Shown here: in pieces, positions 25,911 through 43,790 of the stretch
Numbering within the stretch: the stretch's first letter is position 1
Layout of the letters: each line of letters begins with the position of its first letter
NCBI GenBank assembly: GCA_051294375.1
Contig: CM119268.1
Span: 2,848,854-2,912,853, forward strand
Direction of reading: 5' to 3'
DNA length: 64,000 nucleotides
DNA from: Paraspadella gotoi
Taxonomy: Eukaryota > Animalia > Chaetognatha
Made by a program: the position numbers and the translations under genes
Notes under the pieces: model-generated
Told to the model about the DNA's origin: nothing
Seen by the model: the letters and a program-made list of their open reading frames with translations, nothing else
The model's database searches: none

Positions 25911-26483
25911 ATGCACATCTCAGCTACGCGGATTAAAACAAATGAACAAAAAAATTTCAAAGGAAAATGAAAAATTCCGACGAGTGCTTCGTCCCGACCT
26001 GATCCAACCTGTCCATGCCTATCTATGCTTCATCTCTGCTCTCTCTCTCTTGCTTCTCTCTCTCTCCTTCTCTTCCTCCCATCTTCTCTCTGCCTCTCCT
26101 CTGTCGTCTCGTCTCTCTCTCTCTCTCTCTTCTCTTATATCGCTGTTTTCTCATGCTCTGTCTACCCGTCTTCCCGATAATGTTTGACTCTCAGTTTCTG
26201 GGGATTTTTAATACAATCAGGATGTTTTTTCCAATTCTCAGTTATTATCTATCTATATCCGCCTGTAAACTTAAACATATATATTTTTTTTTTAATTTTA
26301 ATAATTACCGTTGTCTCTAAAGAAAATTTATTATCAAATGCATCAATGGCGCGGCCGGTTCTTGTAAAAATGATGCTAATATTTGGTAAAAACTTTAACT
26401 TTAAGTTTATCCCTATAAAACATATAATCTTTTTTCAAGTAATGCACTTTTCCATGACCTCTCTCTGCTCCTCTCTCCTCCTC

Positions 26484-26526
<43 letters not shown>

Positions 26527-29500
26527 TCTCTCTCTCTCTCTCTCTCTCTCAATGGGTCACAATCCCGTGATATTTGTTCTTCACAAAAACTCGAAACTTT
26601 TATTCTTTCGGTTGGAACTGCAAACACCGAACAGATGCTCAACACCGCCTTACCTACTTCCCCCTCGCCACGCCTTCTTTTCTCCTCCACCCCCAAACCT
26701 CGACCCCTCAACTCCAGTTACTTACCGTTTACTGCTTTTTACACCTCAAAAAACAAAAAACAAGATATCGGTCCTACCAATGGTGGTTGCTGCCGCAGTG
26801 ACTACAAAGAGTATTAAACACATGGCATCACTAGAATGCAATTAGTAATGTCTTACCAGTATTACTTAATGGATACTTTTACATTTCTTGCAATGTATTT
26901 ATGACACTACTTGCAATGATGAATATTTTTCTCTAATAGTGGTCGTATTTTACTGATTTCCTAATGCGGCTCGCGGTTAGGACAGTCACTTAAGGCTTTA
27001 AAGGTTTGTTCCTGTTAAGAGATTCAATATAAGTCTAACTTCGGACCCAGGATAGCGCTATATCGCGGTCTATGAGGCATTCTTTTTTAATCTAGGAACC
27101 ACCACTGGGACAGATCAGAGCATACCGAAACCGATCCTGACCGACAGACCAGCTCACAAATTAGTGTCGTTGCCATGGAGTTATCCCGCGAGTCCACGCG
27201 GCGCAACTAAAACATCCGATGTAAAACTTTCGCGAGTTTGTTTTAGTAGAAACAAAAGGATTTTTCATTCTCAATTTCTCCTCGTGTTCTACGGCGTAAA
27301 CTCGTATTTACTCGATATCATTCGGTAATTATTTCATCAAATATCTTTACAAAAATAAGGTAAATTTTGCACTCACCTGATTCGAAGAAGGCGTGAAATT
27401 CGTTTCCAACAAGGAGATCCGTACCAGGCATTTTTTCTTTTATTTTTCATGGCAGAATAATTCGATTTAACGAGGAAAATGAGACATGAAAAGTGGCGAC
27501 AGGATCAAGTAGAAATAAACGCGAAAAAAGTGCAGAATAAAAACTGTAGTGGAAAAAAAAGGCTTTCAAAAAAGTTGCAGAAAAAAGCGTAGTACTGACT
27601 CATTAGTTGAAATATAGGCTTCATTTAATTTATGCGCATATGTTTTATAGTGTTTTTCTTCTTCATTGTTTTTTTTTTTAAAGTGAAATTGCATTCGAGC
27701 TGCTGCGCTAAAAAATCTCATTTCGACGTAATATAGAAAATTTTATAACTTAATTTCCATTTATATAACATTTCATTCTCTCTCACGCGTTTTATTTTAA
27801 GAGACTAATTTTCGCTTTCTTTTGATTTGTTTTACTGGAACCGTGTGCTCTACGCGCTCTTCACCTCAGTATGTGTTTGGGCCAGCGAAAAATAAAGGGA
27901 AAGAAATTTCTTTTCGGTTTCGGTGCGAGTTTTTGAAAAAAATCGTTTCACAAATTTTGTTGTCGCATCTCCCAAGGCGCATTAATTTTTTCTTACANNN
28001 NNNNNNNNNNNNNNNNNNNNNNGGTTGAAACGTTAAACACCTCCAATGCTAAAAATACTTAATCGGCCACACTGAATCCGTAAGGACAAACAGCAACCAA
28101 ATATCTAGTACCAACTACTGTTAGAATAAGAAACATGTCACTCGAGTACCAACCTGTATTAATGCCTAATCGTACTGCAATTTTAAAGACTTTCGCTAAG
28201 AAATATGCGGACCGAAGGCAGAAGAAGCCAAACGTGGATCCAAGACCTTTGATGCTGACCTAATCATCAAGGATGACGTCGAACTCTGTTAAGAGATGGA
28301 TGTAGTAGTTAGTGCTGGATGCGTCGATGGGTGGCGCGACGTCAAATTAGAAATCGCCAGGCGTTTGCTCGAGACATCGGCGAGATCGTATACTGGTTGT
28401 CTACTCGATCGAAAAATTGATTATCAATTCGAGAAGAATAGAAATGCTTTATGTCTTAACGAAATCATCGCGAGTTGTTTTGCCTTGAAAGTCAGAAACG
28501 AGATATAACGTGCTTATTAACTTTTATGAATTTATGAATAAAGGAACCCACATGCTGAAAGTTAAATCGTTTCAATTTGTCATTTTTTTCTCATTAGTTG
28601 AAAATTATGAATAGATGTGACAGTTATTTCATATATAGAAAATATCATATCACTTGTATTAAATGTAACCCGTAATAAAAGTTTGGTTTTTCTTTAAATA
28701 ATGTGAATGCCGCGCTAAGTTTCCGCTTCTTCATAATTAATTGGCTATTGGGCTACGATAACCTCTAGACAATCTTTCTGGTTTCACTAAACTTAGATCA
28801 TTCGCAACACAATGACTATCTATGGGAACTTTGATTCACTTCTATCAGTGTGCGTCAGCCGTCGCGGGTTATACCTGTTTCATTCGAATTATATCCTCGA
28901 AGTAAAACGCAATGGGTTTTATCATTTTCAATCCTCTCTACTTTGATCCTTTTGCGTCAACGTTTTTATTCATCTTGGCTTCGTCCTTTTCGGTTGTATT
29001 CTTGTTTTGCCAGATGAGAATGAATCAAAAAGTTACTTGGCGCGCATTTTACTCGTCAAAAAAGTCCATTGAAAAAACAAAGAAAGGGAAAACTCTCGTA
29101 GATTTGCTCCCGACGACGCTCTCATCTCTCTGCCTCCTTCTCCCTCACCTTCGTGACTCCTCTGCCTCAGAATAACGTCACGTCTGCTTTCCTAGCTTGA
29201 ATCTCTCTCTCTCCCTCTTCTAAGAGCTGAGTACCCACCTTGTCCCTTTTTTTTTTTCTTTCTTCAATGCTCTCCTCGCTCTTTAACCCTTCTCTTCTCT
29301 TTACTTTTCTACTTCTCTTCTCTCTTCTCTCTCTCCTCACATTCTTCTATCCTGCGTCTCTCTTCCTTTCTTCTTTAACTCTTCTCTCTCTTCTCGTCAT
29401 TCTCTCGGTCTATTCTGCTCGTTTCCCGTTCGCTCTTTGTCTTTTATTCTTTTTGGATTAACTGTTTGCATCCAAACATATTGTGTGTGAGCTTGTGTGT

Positions 29501-30452
29501 TTTTCTCACTTTTTTTTATACTTTCCATTTTCTTATTTTTTTTAGCATTTAAACACTCTCTCCCTCTCATTTCTATCGCCTCTATTCAATCAATCTCATT
29601 GCGTCTTTAGGATTTTATTTATCTGCCTCTCATTTCTCTCTAGATCACCTATTTCTTTATTTAGTATTACTCCTCTCCCTCTCATTGTTAATTACAATCT
29701 CTCTTCTTAACTATGACACTATATTCATTTTATACTGTCTTATTAGACGTCAAATCCTCGTGCGGCACTGTTTCCCTGCTATTGTTGTCTTTGCTCCTAG
29801 TTAAACATTTTAAGGCGGAATTTACATTTTATAACACTTTCGTTTCTTTAACATTCTTGCAATATGGCGAACGATAAATCCTTACGCATACCCTTTCCCT
29901 AAACTGAAGACATGCAGCGCTTGGCGTGTCGCAGATTCAACCTTACTGCGAACGAATCTCACTCTCTCCGCGCTACTCGACTCTAAAGTGCAGCTCAGCG
30001 TCCTCCTCTCTCTCTCTCTTACTCTCTCTTAAGACGCGCGTGCCTTTCCGTCCCTCACTTCTCTCCTCCTCCCTCCTCTCCTCTCTCTCTCTCTCTCAAA
30101 TGTGTAATGTTTATTAAGACTTCCCTCCAATGACAGGCCGCGACTCTTAACGTATCTTATCGGACTCCAAAATTCTTTACAGTCGTGAAGCAGAAACCTG
30201 AAAATCAAATAAATATTTAAAACGAAAATAAACAACCGAATTGTTTTGTCTCGGAAAAATTAAAGAAACACAAAAAATCCAGCGAATAAAAAAACAACGA
30301 AGAACAATAAGGAAGTAAATGTTTTCGCTAACAGCTTATGAATTTATTTTCTCTCAAAAATGTGCAACGACTCACGAGTCGGTGGATCATAATAAGCGCT
30401 CTCTCTCTCAGTCCCTCTCTCTCTCCTCTCTCTCTCCTATCTCTTTCCCTCG

Positions 30453-30489
<37 letters not shown>

Positions 30490-30664
30490 AATCCTCAGAC
30501 GCTACCGTTAGAAAATTAATGAAAAAAAAAAATTTCAAAGTAAAATGAAAAATTACGCCGAGAGTGCTTCGTCCGGACCTGGAACCTCCCACCTTCTATG
30601 TAGTCTCGCTCTTCTCTCGCTCTCTCTCTCTCTGTTCTCTCTCTCTCCCCTGCCTCTCCCCTCT

Positions 30665-30695
<31 letters not shown>

Positions 30696-32370
30696 ATACT
30701 TCATCTCTGTCTCCTCTTTCCCATAGGTTGAGCTCTCAGTGTCTGGTCTTAAACAATCTCAAGGATATGTTGTTCTTCAATCATATAAACTACTATTCGC
30801 CGTAAACTTAATTATTTTTTTTTAATTTACCGTTGGTCTAGAAATTTATCTGCATAACACAGTCTGAAAGACATATGGTAAACTAACTTTAGTTATCCAC
30901 TTTCAGAACTTCCAGACTCTGTCCCTTCTCCCTCCCGCCGTCATGCCTCTCTTCTACTCTCCTGGTCAACTTTTTCCACATCGACTTTATCTTAACTGCA
31001 GCACCACATGTCACCCTTCTATTCCCCTCCACCCTTTCCCCCCAAACCTCGACCCCTCAACTCCAGTTCTTTACCGTTTACTGCTTTATCTACACCTCAA
31101 AAAACAAAAAAACGAAGAATCGGTCCTATCCAATGTGTTGCCTCCGCAGTGACTACAAAGTATTAAACACATGCATCGAAGAATGCAATTAGTAATGTCT
31201 TACCAGTATTACTATGGAACTTTTTCATAGTTCTGCAATGTATTTATGACACCTACTTGCAATAGGAAACTTTTTTCTCTAATAGCGATTTACTGATTTC
31301 CTAAATGCGGTCGCGCTTAGGCTAAGTCACCTTATGTTTAAAGGTTGGTTCTCCTGTTAAAGAGTCAAATAAGTCAACCGTGCACCGGATACGCCGGCTA
31401 TATCGCAGAGTCTATGAGGCATCTTTTTGTTTTAATTGAGAACCCACACTGGGACAGACTCAGAGCATAGCCGAACCGATCTGACCGACAGACCAGACCC
31501 CAAAATAGTGTCTCATGGAGTTATCCGCGCAGAGTCCACAGCGGCGCATACTAAAATCCGATGTAAAACTTTCGCGATGTTTGTTTTAGTAGAAACAAAA
31601 GGATTTTCATTCTCAAATTTCTTCCTCGTGTTCTACGGCGTAAATCGTATTACTCGATGATTCATTCGGTTAATTATTCATCAATATCTTTACAAAAATA
31701 AGGTTAAATTTTCACTACATGAGCTTCAAAGGCTGAAATTCGTTTTCCACAACCGGAACCGGCTACCAGGCATTTTTTCTTTTTTATTGTTTCCTAGGAA
31801 ACGATAAAATTTCGATTTAAACGAGGAAAGAATGAAAGAGCGAAACAAAGTGCTAGCATGTGAAAAAATCGCGAAAAAAGTGGCAGAAAAAACGAGTGGA
31901 AAAAAAGGCTTAAAAAAGCGAGAAAAAAGCGAGTACGACCAAGTGAAAATTAAGCTTTTTAATTATAGTCGCATTATGTTTTATAGTTTTCTTCTATGCG
32001 TTATTGTTTTTTTTTTTAAAGTGAAATTGCATTCACATGCGTCACTAAATAATTCTCATTCGACGTAATTAAAAATTTTATAACTTAATTTACATTTTAT
32101 ATAACAATTTCATTTCTCTCACGCGTTTTTTAAAGACATTAATTTTCGCTTCTTTTGATTTGTTTTACTCCGCGTAACCGTTGCCTCTACGCGCTGCTTC
32201 ATCCTCAGGAGTGTGTTTGGGCCACCGCGAAAATAACAAGAGAATATACTTATTTTGCTTTAATTCAGTTTTCGTCTGCATGCGACAATGGATAATTTTT
32301 AATATGTTTTTTGAAAAAAAAAATCGTTCATCAATATGTTGTGTCCATCTCCCCAAAGCTGTACCAATTT
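25772..32370. repeat. Direct duplication 25772-27997 vs 30381-32370 (NHE upstream region)
   Basis: Shared anchors in the same order, for example GGTGGATCAT, CCCCAAACCTCGACCCCTCAACTCCAG and GATGTAAAACTTTCGCGA, with many small indels. Confidence 0.8.
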
Positions 32371-33666
32371 CATAGATATAAAATTTCTTCTAGTGCTTAC
32401 AATCTTTCGATATTGGCAGAGAAGAGAAGAGAGCTAGCTGGGTGTCATTTTGTGTAGCTGTTTGAAACCCGCGGCAATTGCCTTTAATTTGATGAAGATA
32501 ACACTAGACGAAATTAGCATCTTCATTGAATACACTAGAGATGACCGTCGAGAGAGAGAGAGAGGAGAGACGAAATGGAGAGAGAAGAGAGAGAAGACGA
32601 TCCAGCGAGCGTGCAGAGAGATTTGGAGAATGAAGAGGATGAGAGAGAAAGCTCAAATATGTCCATAGACCTCTGCAAACAACCGAAGCGCTATTAAATT
32701 TCGCTTATCGCAATTTCTCGGCCTCCCCCACACTCTCATCGATTCACTTTCTTATCCAATCTCTCATGTGCTCTCTTCTCCTCTCTCTCTCCTCGTCTCT
32801 TTCTCTCTCTTCCTCTTCTCTCCTCTCTCCTCTCTCTCTCTCTCCTCTCTCTCTCTGCTCACTCTACTCACTCTTCTCCCTCCCCATCTTCCCTTCCAGA
32901 CTAAAGAGAATCGGCGTGTTTTCGAAACGAAAAACAAAAACTTTTTTCCTTTCACCTTCCTTAAAAATTAGAGAACTCAGAGCGACGTTTTATATACAGA
33001 AGCAAGAGACAAAGACTACGGTTAAAAACCGAAAAGACTTGGCGGACATCCTCGCAAACGATAACTACTAAATCCATCGCACATACTGTTCTCAAGGTTT
33101 CGTTGCTCCCGCGGAGTAAGAAATATACCTCCTATATAGCGGCTCTCTCTCCAGCTCCTATATCTTTCAGTCTCATGCACGCCATTACTCTCTCATCTTC
33201 TCATCAAAGGTCTCTCTACTCTCTCTCTCTCTCCTCTCTCATCTTTGCTACTCTTCTCTGCTCTCTCTGCTTCTATTCTGTCTTTCTCTCTCTACCTCCC
33301 GCGTCTACCCACTCTCAATTCTCGCGATTGTAATTCCCGTCAACGAACCCTTAATCGCATTAATCGTTCTGTTAAACGATGTCCTCGAATACTCTCGCAC
33401 ACGTTGGCGCAACCGAATCTCGTTCCGCAATATTAGGACGTCGACAAGCGATGATTTTAAAAAAAAAAATCAGTGCAATCATCGATCAATCAACGCAAAT
33501 AATCTATACCAACGTCCATAATCTAAGCGCCAACCTCACCCGCATTGACAACCTAGCAAACTTACCTTCAAACAAAGCATTTCAATATATATATATGGGC
33601 ACTCAAGGCTCAATACCGCGCTTATAAAACATAAACGGCTCCGGCTCAATTTTCGACGACTTACTC

Positions 33667-33691
33667 ATTGGCCACCAATCAAGCGACCAAT
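33667..33691 (+). promoter_or_regulatory. Three clustered CCAAT boxes, probable NHE promoter
   Basis: ATTGG at 33667, CCAAT at 33675 and CCAAT at 33687, in CpG-rich sequence about 260 nt upstream of the candidate exon-1 ATG. Confidence 0.4.
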
Positions 33692-33941
33692 CAACGTCGC
33701 CCTATCACGCCGCCACCCTTTTCGCGTCGGGAAATACGCTAAACGCCAAAGCACGGACGCTGCACGTCTCATCGATCTGCGTCCCTCTCTATCTCCATCT
33801 CTGGAATCTCAGCGTTCTACGCCGGTGCCGCTGCGATTTTTATCAACATACAAACGCCCAATTAATCTTCGTTGCGCGTCTCAAGGAAAGTTTTCTCTCT
33901 CTTCTCTCTCTCCCTCCTCAACCCACCCCACTCATGTCACC

Positions 33942-34182
33942 ATGGGCTTTACCCACCGCCTCCCAACCGGCCCTCCACCACCCCCACGGAACGGGCGCGG
34001 GACGCCCCACCGACGGCGACGACCACCAATCTCATTAGGGAGTCCACTGGCAAGTTGGAATTTCAAACTTAGGTGCGTCGCAGGGCGTTCTACGTCTGTC
34101 ACCATCTTCCTCTTAGCTCCGTGCTTCTGGGTCCATGATCGTTGCTATCATCATCTGCATCACCATCTCAGAGGGTTCGCAG
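33942..34182 (+). CDS. NHE first coding exon (TM1 region), inverted relative to the rest of the gene, in error-rich sequence
   Basis: Reads ...LASWNF...VTIFLLA...YHHLHTISKRVP-G|gtgatttg despite indels. The phase-1 donor joins the 24411 acceptor to give [13 protein letters not shown], the conserved NHE VPES motif. Confidence 0.7.
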
Positions 34183-35440
34183 GTGATTTGGGTAGGGGGT
34201 TTTGCGATGATTTTGTATTCATCATCTGCCACACCATCTCCTAAGGCAGGGTTCCAGATGGTGATTTGGAGTAGGGGGTTCTTGCTGATGATTTCTGTAT
34301 CATCATCTGCACACCATCTCCCAAGAGGGGTTCCAGGTGATTATGAGTACGTGCGGTTTTGCGATGATATTATAGTATCATCATCATGACCACACCAATC
34401 TCCAATGACGGGTCCAGGTGAATTTTGTGAGTAGACGTATAGGCGGTCTTGTCTCGAGTGCGATGAATCGTAATCTGTATCATCATCTGACACACCATCT
34501 CTCGGAGACCATGATGGGCCGTTCCCGAGGCTGAATTTTTGAGTAGACGGCACGGTTTGACTGAGCGAGAATGTTAGTTTGTATCATCATCTGCACACCC
34601 ATCATCCAAAAGAAGAGGAAATCTCCAGGTGGATTATGGAAAGATTCGGAGGTTTTGCTGTGCAGTTCTGTGAGATCATCATCTGCACACCAGTCTCCAA
34701 AGAGGGTTCCAGAGTAGTTGGATGATTTGAAGTCGGGACGGTTTTGTGAATGATTTCTGTATCATCATCTGGCACAGCCATTCTCTACAAACGGTTGCCA
34801 GGTGAATTTGGTCGGAGGGGACTTTGTGCATGATTTTGTATCAATCATCGTGCACACTCTACCAACCGAGGGATTTCCATTCGGTGATTGATGTGCGGGA
34901 GGTTTGTATGATTTTGAATCATCATCGTGGCACACCATCTCCGAAACGAGGGAGTTTCCAGGTGATGTTAGACGGGTTGGGGATTTTGTTCATCCTCTCT
35001 GCAAACACACCATCTACCCAAGAGGTTCCAGGTGATGGTTGAGTTGGGATATACCTGGATGATTTTGTATCAGCATCATCTGTCACAACCATCTTCCAGA
35101 GAGGTATCCAGAGTGCATTTGTGATCGGGTGGATTTGTGAATGATTTATGTATCATCATCTGTCACACCATCTCCAAGCAGGGTTCCAGTGTGGATTTGA
35201 GTCTGGGGCTTTGAAGATGATTGTGTTAACATCATCTGGCACACCATCTCCAAAGAGGTTCCAGAGGTGATTTGGACGTGGGGTTGGATGCATTATTGAT
35301 CCATCATCTGCCACACCATTCTCCAAGAGGTTCCAGGTGGATTGAGTCGCCGGTGATTTAGTGAATGATTTACTCATTCATCTTGCACAACCATCTCCAA
35401 GAGCGCGTTCCAGGTGATATTGAGTTGGGATTTGTTGATG
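34135..35440 (+). repeat. 69-bp minisatellite spanning the NHE exon-1/intron-1 boundary (about 16 noisy units)
   Basis: Unit ATGATTTTGTATCATCATCTGCACACCATCTCCAAGAGGGTTCCAG|GTGATTTGAGTCGGGGTTTTGTG. About 16 recognisable copies with insertion-type errors. Confidence 0.9.
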
Positions 35441-35759
35441 GGACTCGTGAGTCGTGACATTTTTGAGAGAAAATAAATTCATGAAGCTGTAGCGAAAACA
35501 TTGTTATTTCCTTATTGTTTCGTTGTTTTTTTTATTCGCTGGATTTTTTGTGTTTCTTTAATTTTCCGAGACAAAACAATTCGGTTGTTTATTTCGTTTT
35601 AATATTTATTTGATTTTCAGGTTTCGCTTCACGACTGTAGAATTTTGGAGTCCGATAAGATACGTTAAGAGTCGCGGCCTGTCATTGGAGGAGAAGTCTT
35701 AATAACATACAATTTGAGAGAGAGAGAGAGAGANNNNNNNNNNNNNNNNNNNNNNNNNA

Positions 35760-41086
<5,327 letters not shown>

Positions 41087-41362
41087 CTCTTTTTATTTCT
41101 TTCTTTCCTGGACCTTGTAAAACTTACCGTAGTGTCCCTCACTCACTCATTAATCTTTTGATCTTCAAGCATGGTGTGAAATCTAAAGTTACTAACTTTT
41201 GTCTCCGCTTATAAACCAGTCGCCCTACAGAATACTTTTATCATTCTTTCATGCAACTGGTTCAACGAGTCAAACAATTTAAGCGGTGACAAGAATTACC
41301 TTCGTTTCTTGATTTGATTTTTTAAATTTGACATATTGAAAAGTTTTTGTAATTTGGTATAT

Positions 41363-41638
41363 ATGAATGCAAACTTGACCACATTGTACTCGCGCCACAA
41401 CCACTTCCAACGTCATATGACCAGGATATCCTGGCGCCGGTGGACGAGCACTTTCGACCTGGATTTCCCTCTGTTTAATGACTCAATCGAATTGCGCGAC
41501 GTGTTGGAGCCGATCTACCCGCACGTCCGATTCGTGCCGCCCGAGATGAAGGGGAGGTTGGTGGACGATCTACTGGAGGAATACAAGAGGGTGTGCCCGT
41601 GGGTCGTTGTAAAGGGCATTGGGAAATCCGATTATTAG
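41363..41638 (+). pseudogene. Internally deleted class I SAM methyltransferase-like remnant (JHAMT-like N- and C-terminal pieces)
   Basis: MNANLTTLYSRHNHFQRH resembles the JHAMT-type N-terminal Y-x3-N-x2-Q-R motif. LEPIYPHVRFVPPEMKGRLVDDLLEEY resembles the C-terminal P-x4-P-x6-DD helix. There is no LDxGxGxG motif in between. Recognised by eye only. Confidence 0.4.
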
Positions 41639-42317
41639 TTGTCAACGGAGTTAAGCCTTGAGGAAAATCTTGAGAAATTGTCGGTTAACTTATTGGATAA
41701 TGTAATATGTATGAAAAATTGTTAGATTATAATATCTGATTTATATTATCTTTATCTTTACAAACCCGTTAGTTTTGAAATCGTGATTCTGCTACTAACT
41801 ACTAACTNNNNNNNNNNNNNNNNNNNNNNNNNNNNNNNNNNNNNNNNNNNNNNNNNNNNNNNNNNNNNNNNNNNNNNNNNNNNNNNNNNNNNNNNNNNNN
41901 NNNNNNNNNNNNNNNNNNNNNNNNNNNNNNNNNNNNNNNNNNNNNNNNNNNNNNNNNNNNNNNNNNNNNNNNNNNNNNNNNNNNNNNNNNNNNNNNNNNN
42001 NNNNNNNNNNNNNNNNNNNNNNNNNNNNNNNNNNNNNNNNNNNNNNNNNNNNNNNNNNNNNNNNNNNNNNNNNNNNNNNNNNNNNNNNNNNNNNNNNNNN
42101 NNNNNNNNNNNNNNNNNNNNNNNNNNNNNNNNNNNNNNNNNNNNNNNNNNNNNNNNNNNNNNNNNNNNNNNNNNNNNNNNNNNNNNNNNNNNNNNNNNNN
42201 NNNNNNNNNNNNNNNNNNNNNNNNNNNNNNNNNNNNNNNNNNNNNNNNNNNNNNNNNNNNNNNNNNNNNNNNNNNNNNNNNNNNNNNNNNNNNNNNNNNN
42301 NNNNNNNNNNNNNNNAT

Positions 42318-43790
42318 ATTAATCGTGAATAATGTTGTCATAAAGAATATTTTTTTATTTACAATCGTATTTAGACATTGATTTTTTTTATTGCGTAGTT
42401 GAAGGTTTTTGTCAGAAAGAAAAAAAAGTTGGCTAAACGAAAGAAGCCGAATTCTTTTGTGATGTCTTGACCTGTCGAAAATTGGCAGGGCTTTGTTGAG
42501 GGAAAGCATATAAGTGTGAACGAAGATACGTATAAATCTAAAGAGAATAAAACAGCACACACAGGAAAAAAAAATATCGTGTTGTCGGCTCAGGCTTGGT
42601 TGGATAGTGAAAAAAAGTTAAGGATAATAAAAGTCTAGTTTGATTGAAAAAAAGTTTTAAAAATGAATTCCTATAGAATATCACTTAGAGAAAAGGAAAA
42701 GAAAACCACCGAACGGAAAGAAGAAAGATAAAAAACAAACACGATTTCCAGATATAAAAGCTTTAATTGCACGAGTTAGGGGAACTTTGGCGCAGAAGGG
42801 CTCGAGGAAGGGGTCAAGGGTTCGAGGCCTCTCGTGGGATATTAGTTGCCTCGAGGCGATGGAGAAAGAAAATATCGTTGCTTAATGTTTTCTTTTACGA
42901 TTTCTTTCCTAAGACGCGATTACCCATTTCGAGCCCTTGAAACCGTTTCTTCTTCCCCCTTCTCCTTCACCCTTCTCCTAAATAGAGATTGAATCGGATT
43001 AAAAGAGAGAAGAGACGTCTTTCGAAATTCATGTGTTGGAGATTACCAAGACTGGACGGAGCCGTTTTAAAGCTGATGAAAAGAGGTCAGAAAATATTAA
43101 TCGTGAAAATTGTGTCATTAAAGAATTTTTTTTATTTTACACCTCGTATTATTAGACATGATTTTTTTTTATTGCGTAGTTGAAGGTTCTTTGTCAGAAG
43201 AAAAAAAAAGTGGCCTAACGAAAAGAAGCCGTTCTTTTTGTGAATGTCTTGACCTGTCGAAAATGCAGGGCTTGTTGAGGAAGGCATATAAGGCTGTTGA
43301 ACGAAGATCGTATAAATCTAAAGAGAATAAAAGACAGCACACCACAGGAAAGAAAAAAAATATCGTGTTGTCGGCTCAGCTTGGTTGGATAGCTGAAAAA
43401 AAGTTAAGGATAATAAAAGTCTGTTTGATTAAAAAATTGTTAAAAATGAATTCCTATAGAATACACTTAGAGAAAGAAAAGAAAACCCACCAACGGAAAG
43501 AGAAAGATGAAAAAACAAACACGATTTCCAGATATAAAAGCTTAATTGCACGAGTTAGGGGACTTTGGCGCAAGAAGCGGTCGCAGGAAGGGTCAAGGGT
43601 TCGAGGGCCTCTCGGGGATTATTAGTGCTGCCTCGAGTGCGATGGGAGAAGAAGAATATCGTTGCTAATGCTTTTCTTTTACGATTTCTTCCTAAGGACG
43701 CGATTTTCCCATTTCGAGCTCTGAAACCGTTTTCCATTCTCTCTTTCACCTTCTTCCCCTTCTCCATTTCCCCTCTAGTTCTCCTTCTCC
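42318..43790. repeat. ~700-bp tandem duplication (42318-42980 vs 43093-43790)
   Basis: Near-identical sequence with scattered 1-nt indels, adjacent to a large N gap. Confidence 0.8.

Noticed and set aside
28023-30100. Possible genes or novel sequence in 28-30 kb and 36-38 kb
   Set aside because: This is low-quality, garbled consensus. The short ORFs have no recognisable motifs, and parts of 36-38 kb are scrambled copies of neighbouring regions.
34135-35440. CRISPR-like repeat-spacer array
   Set aside because: The context is eukaryotic, and the variation between units is indel noise on one 69-bp unit rather than unique spacers. There are no cas genes.
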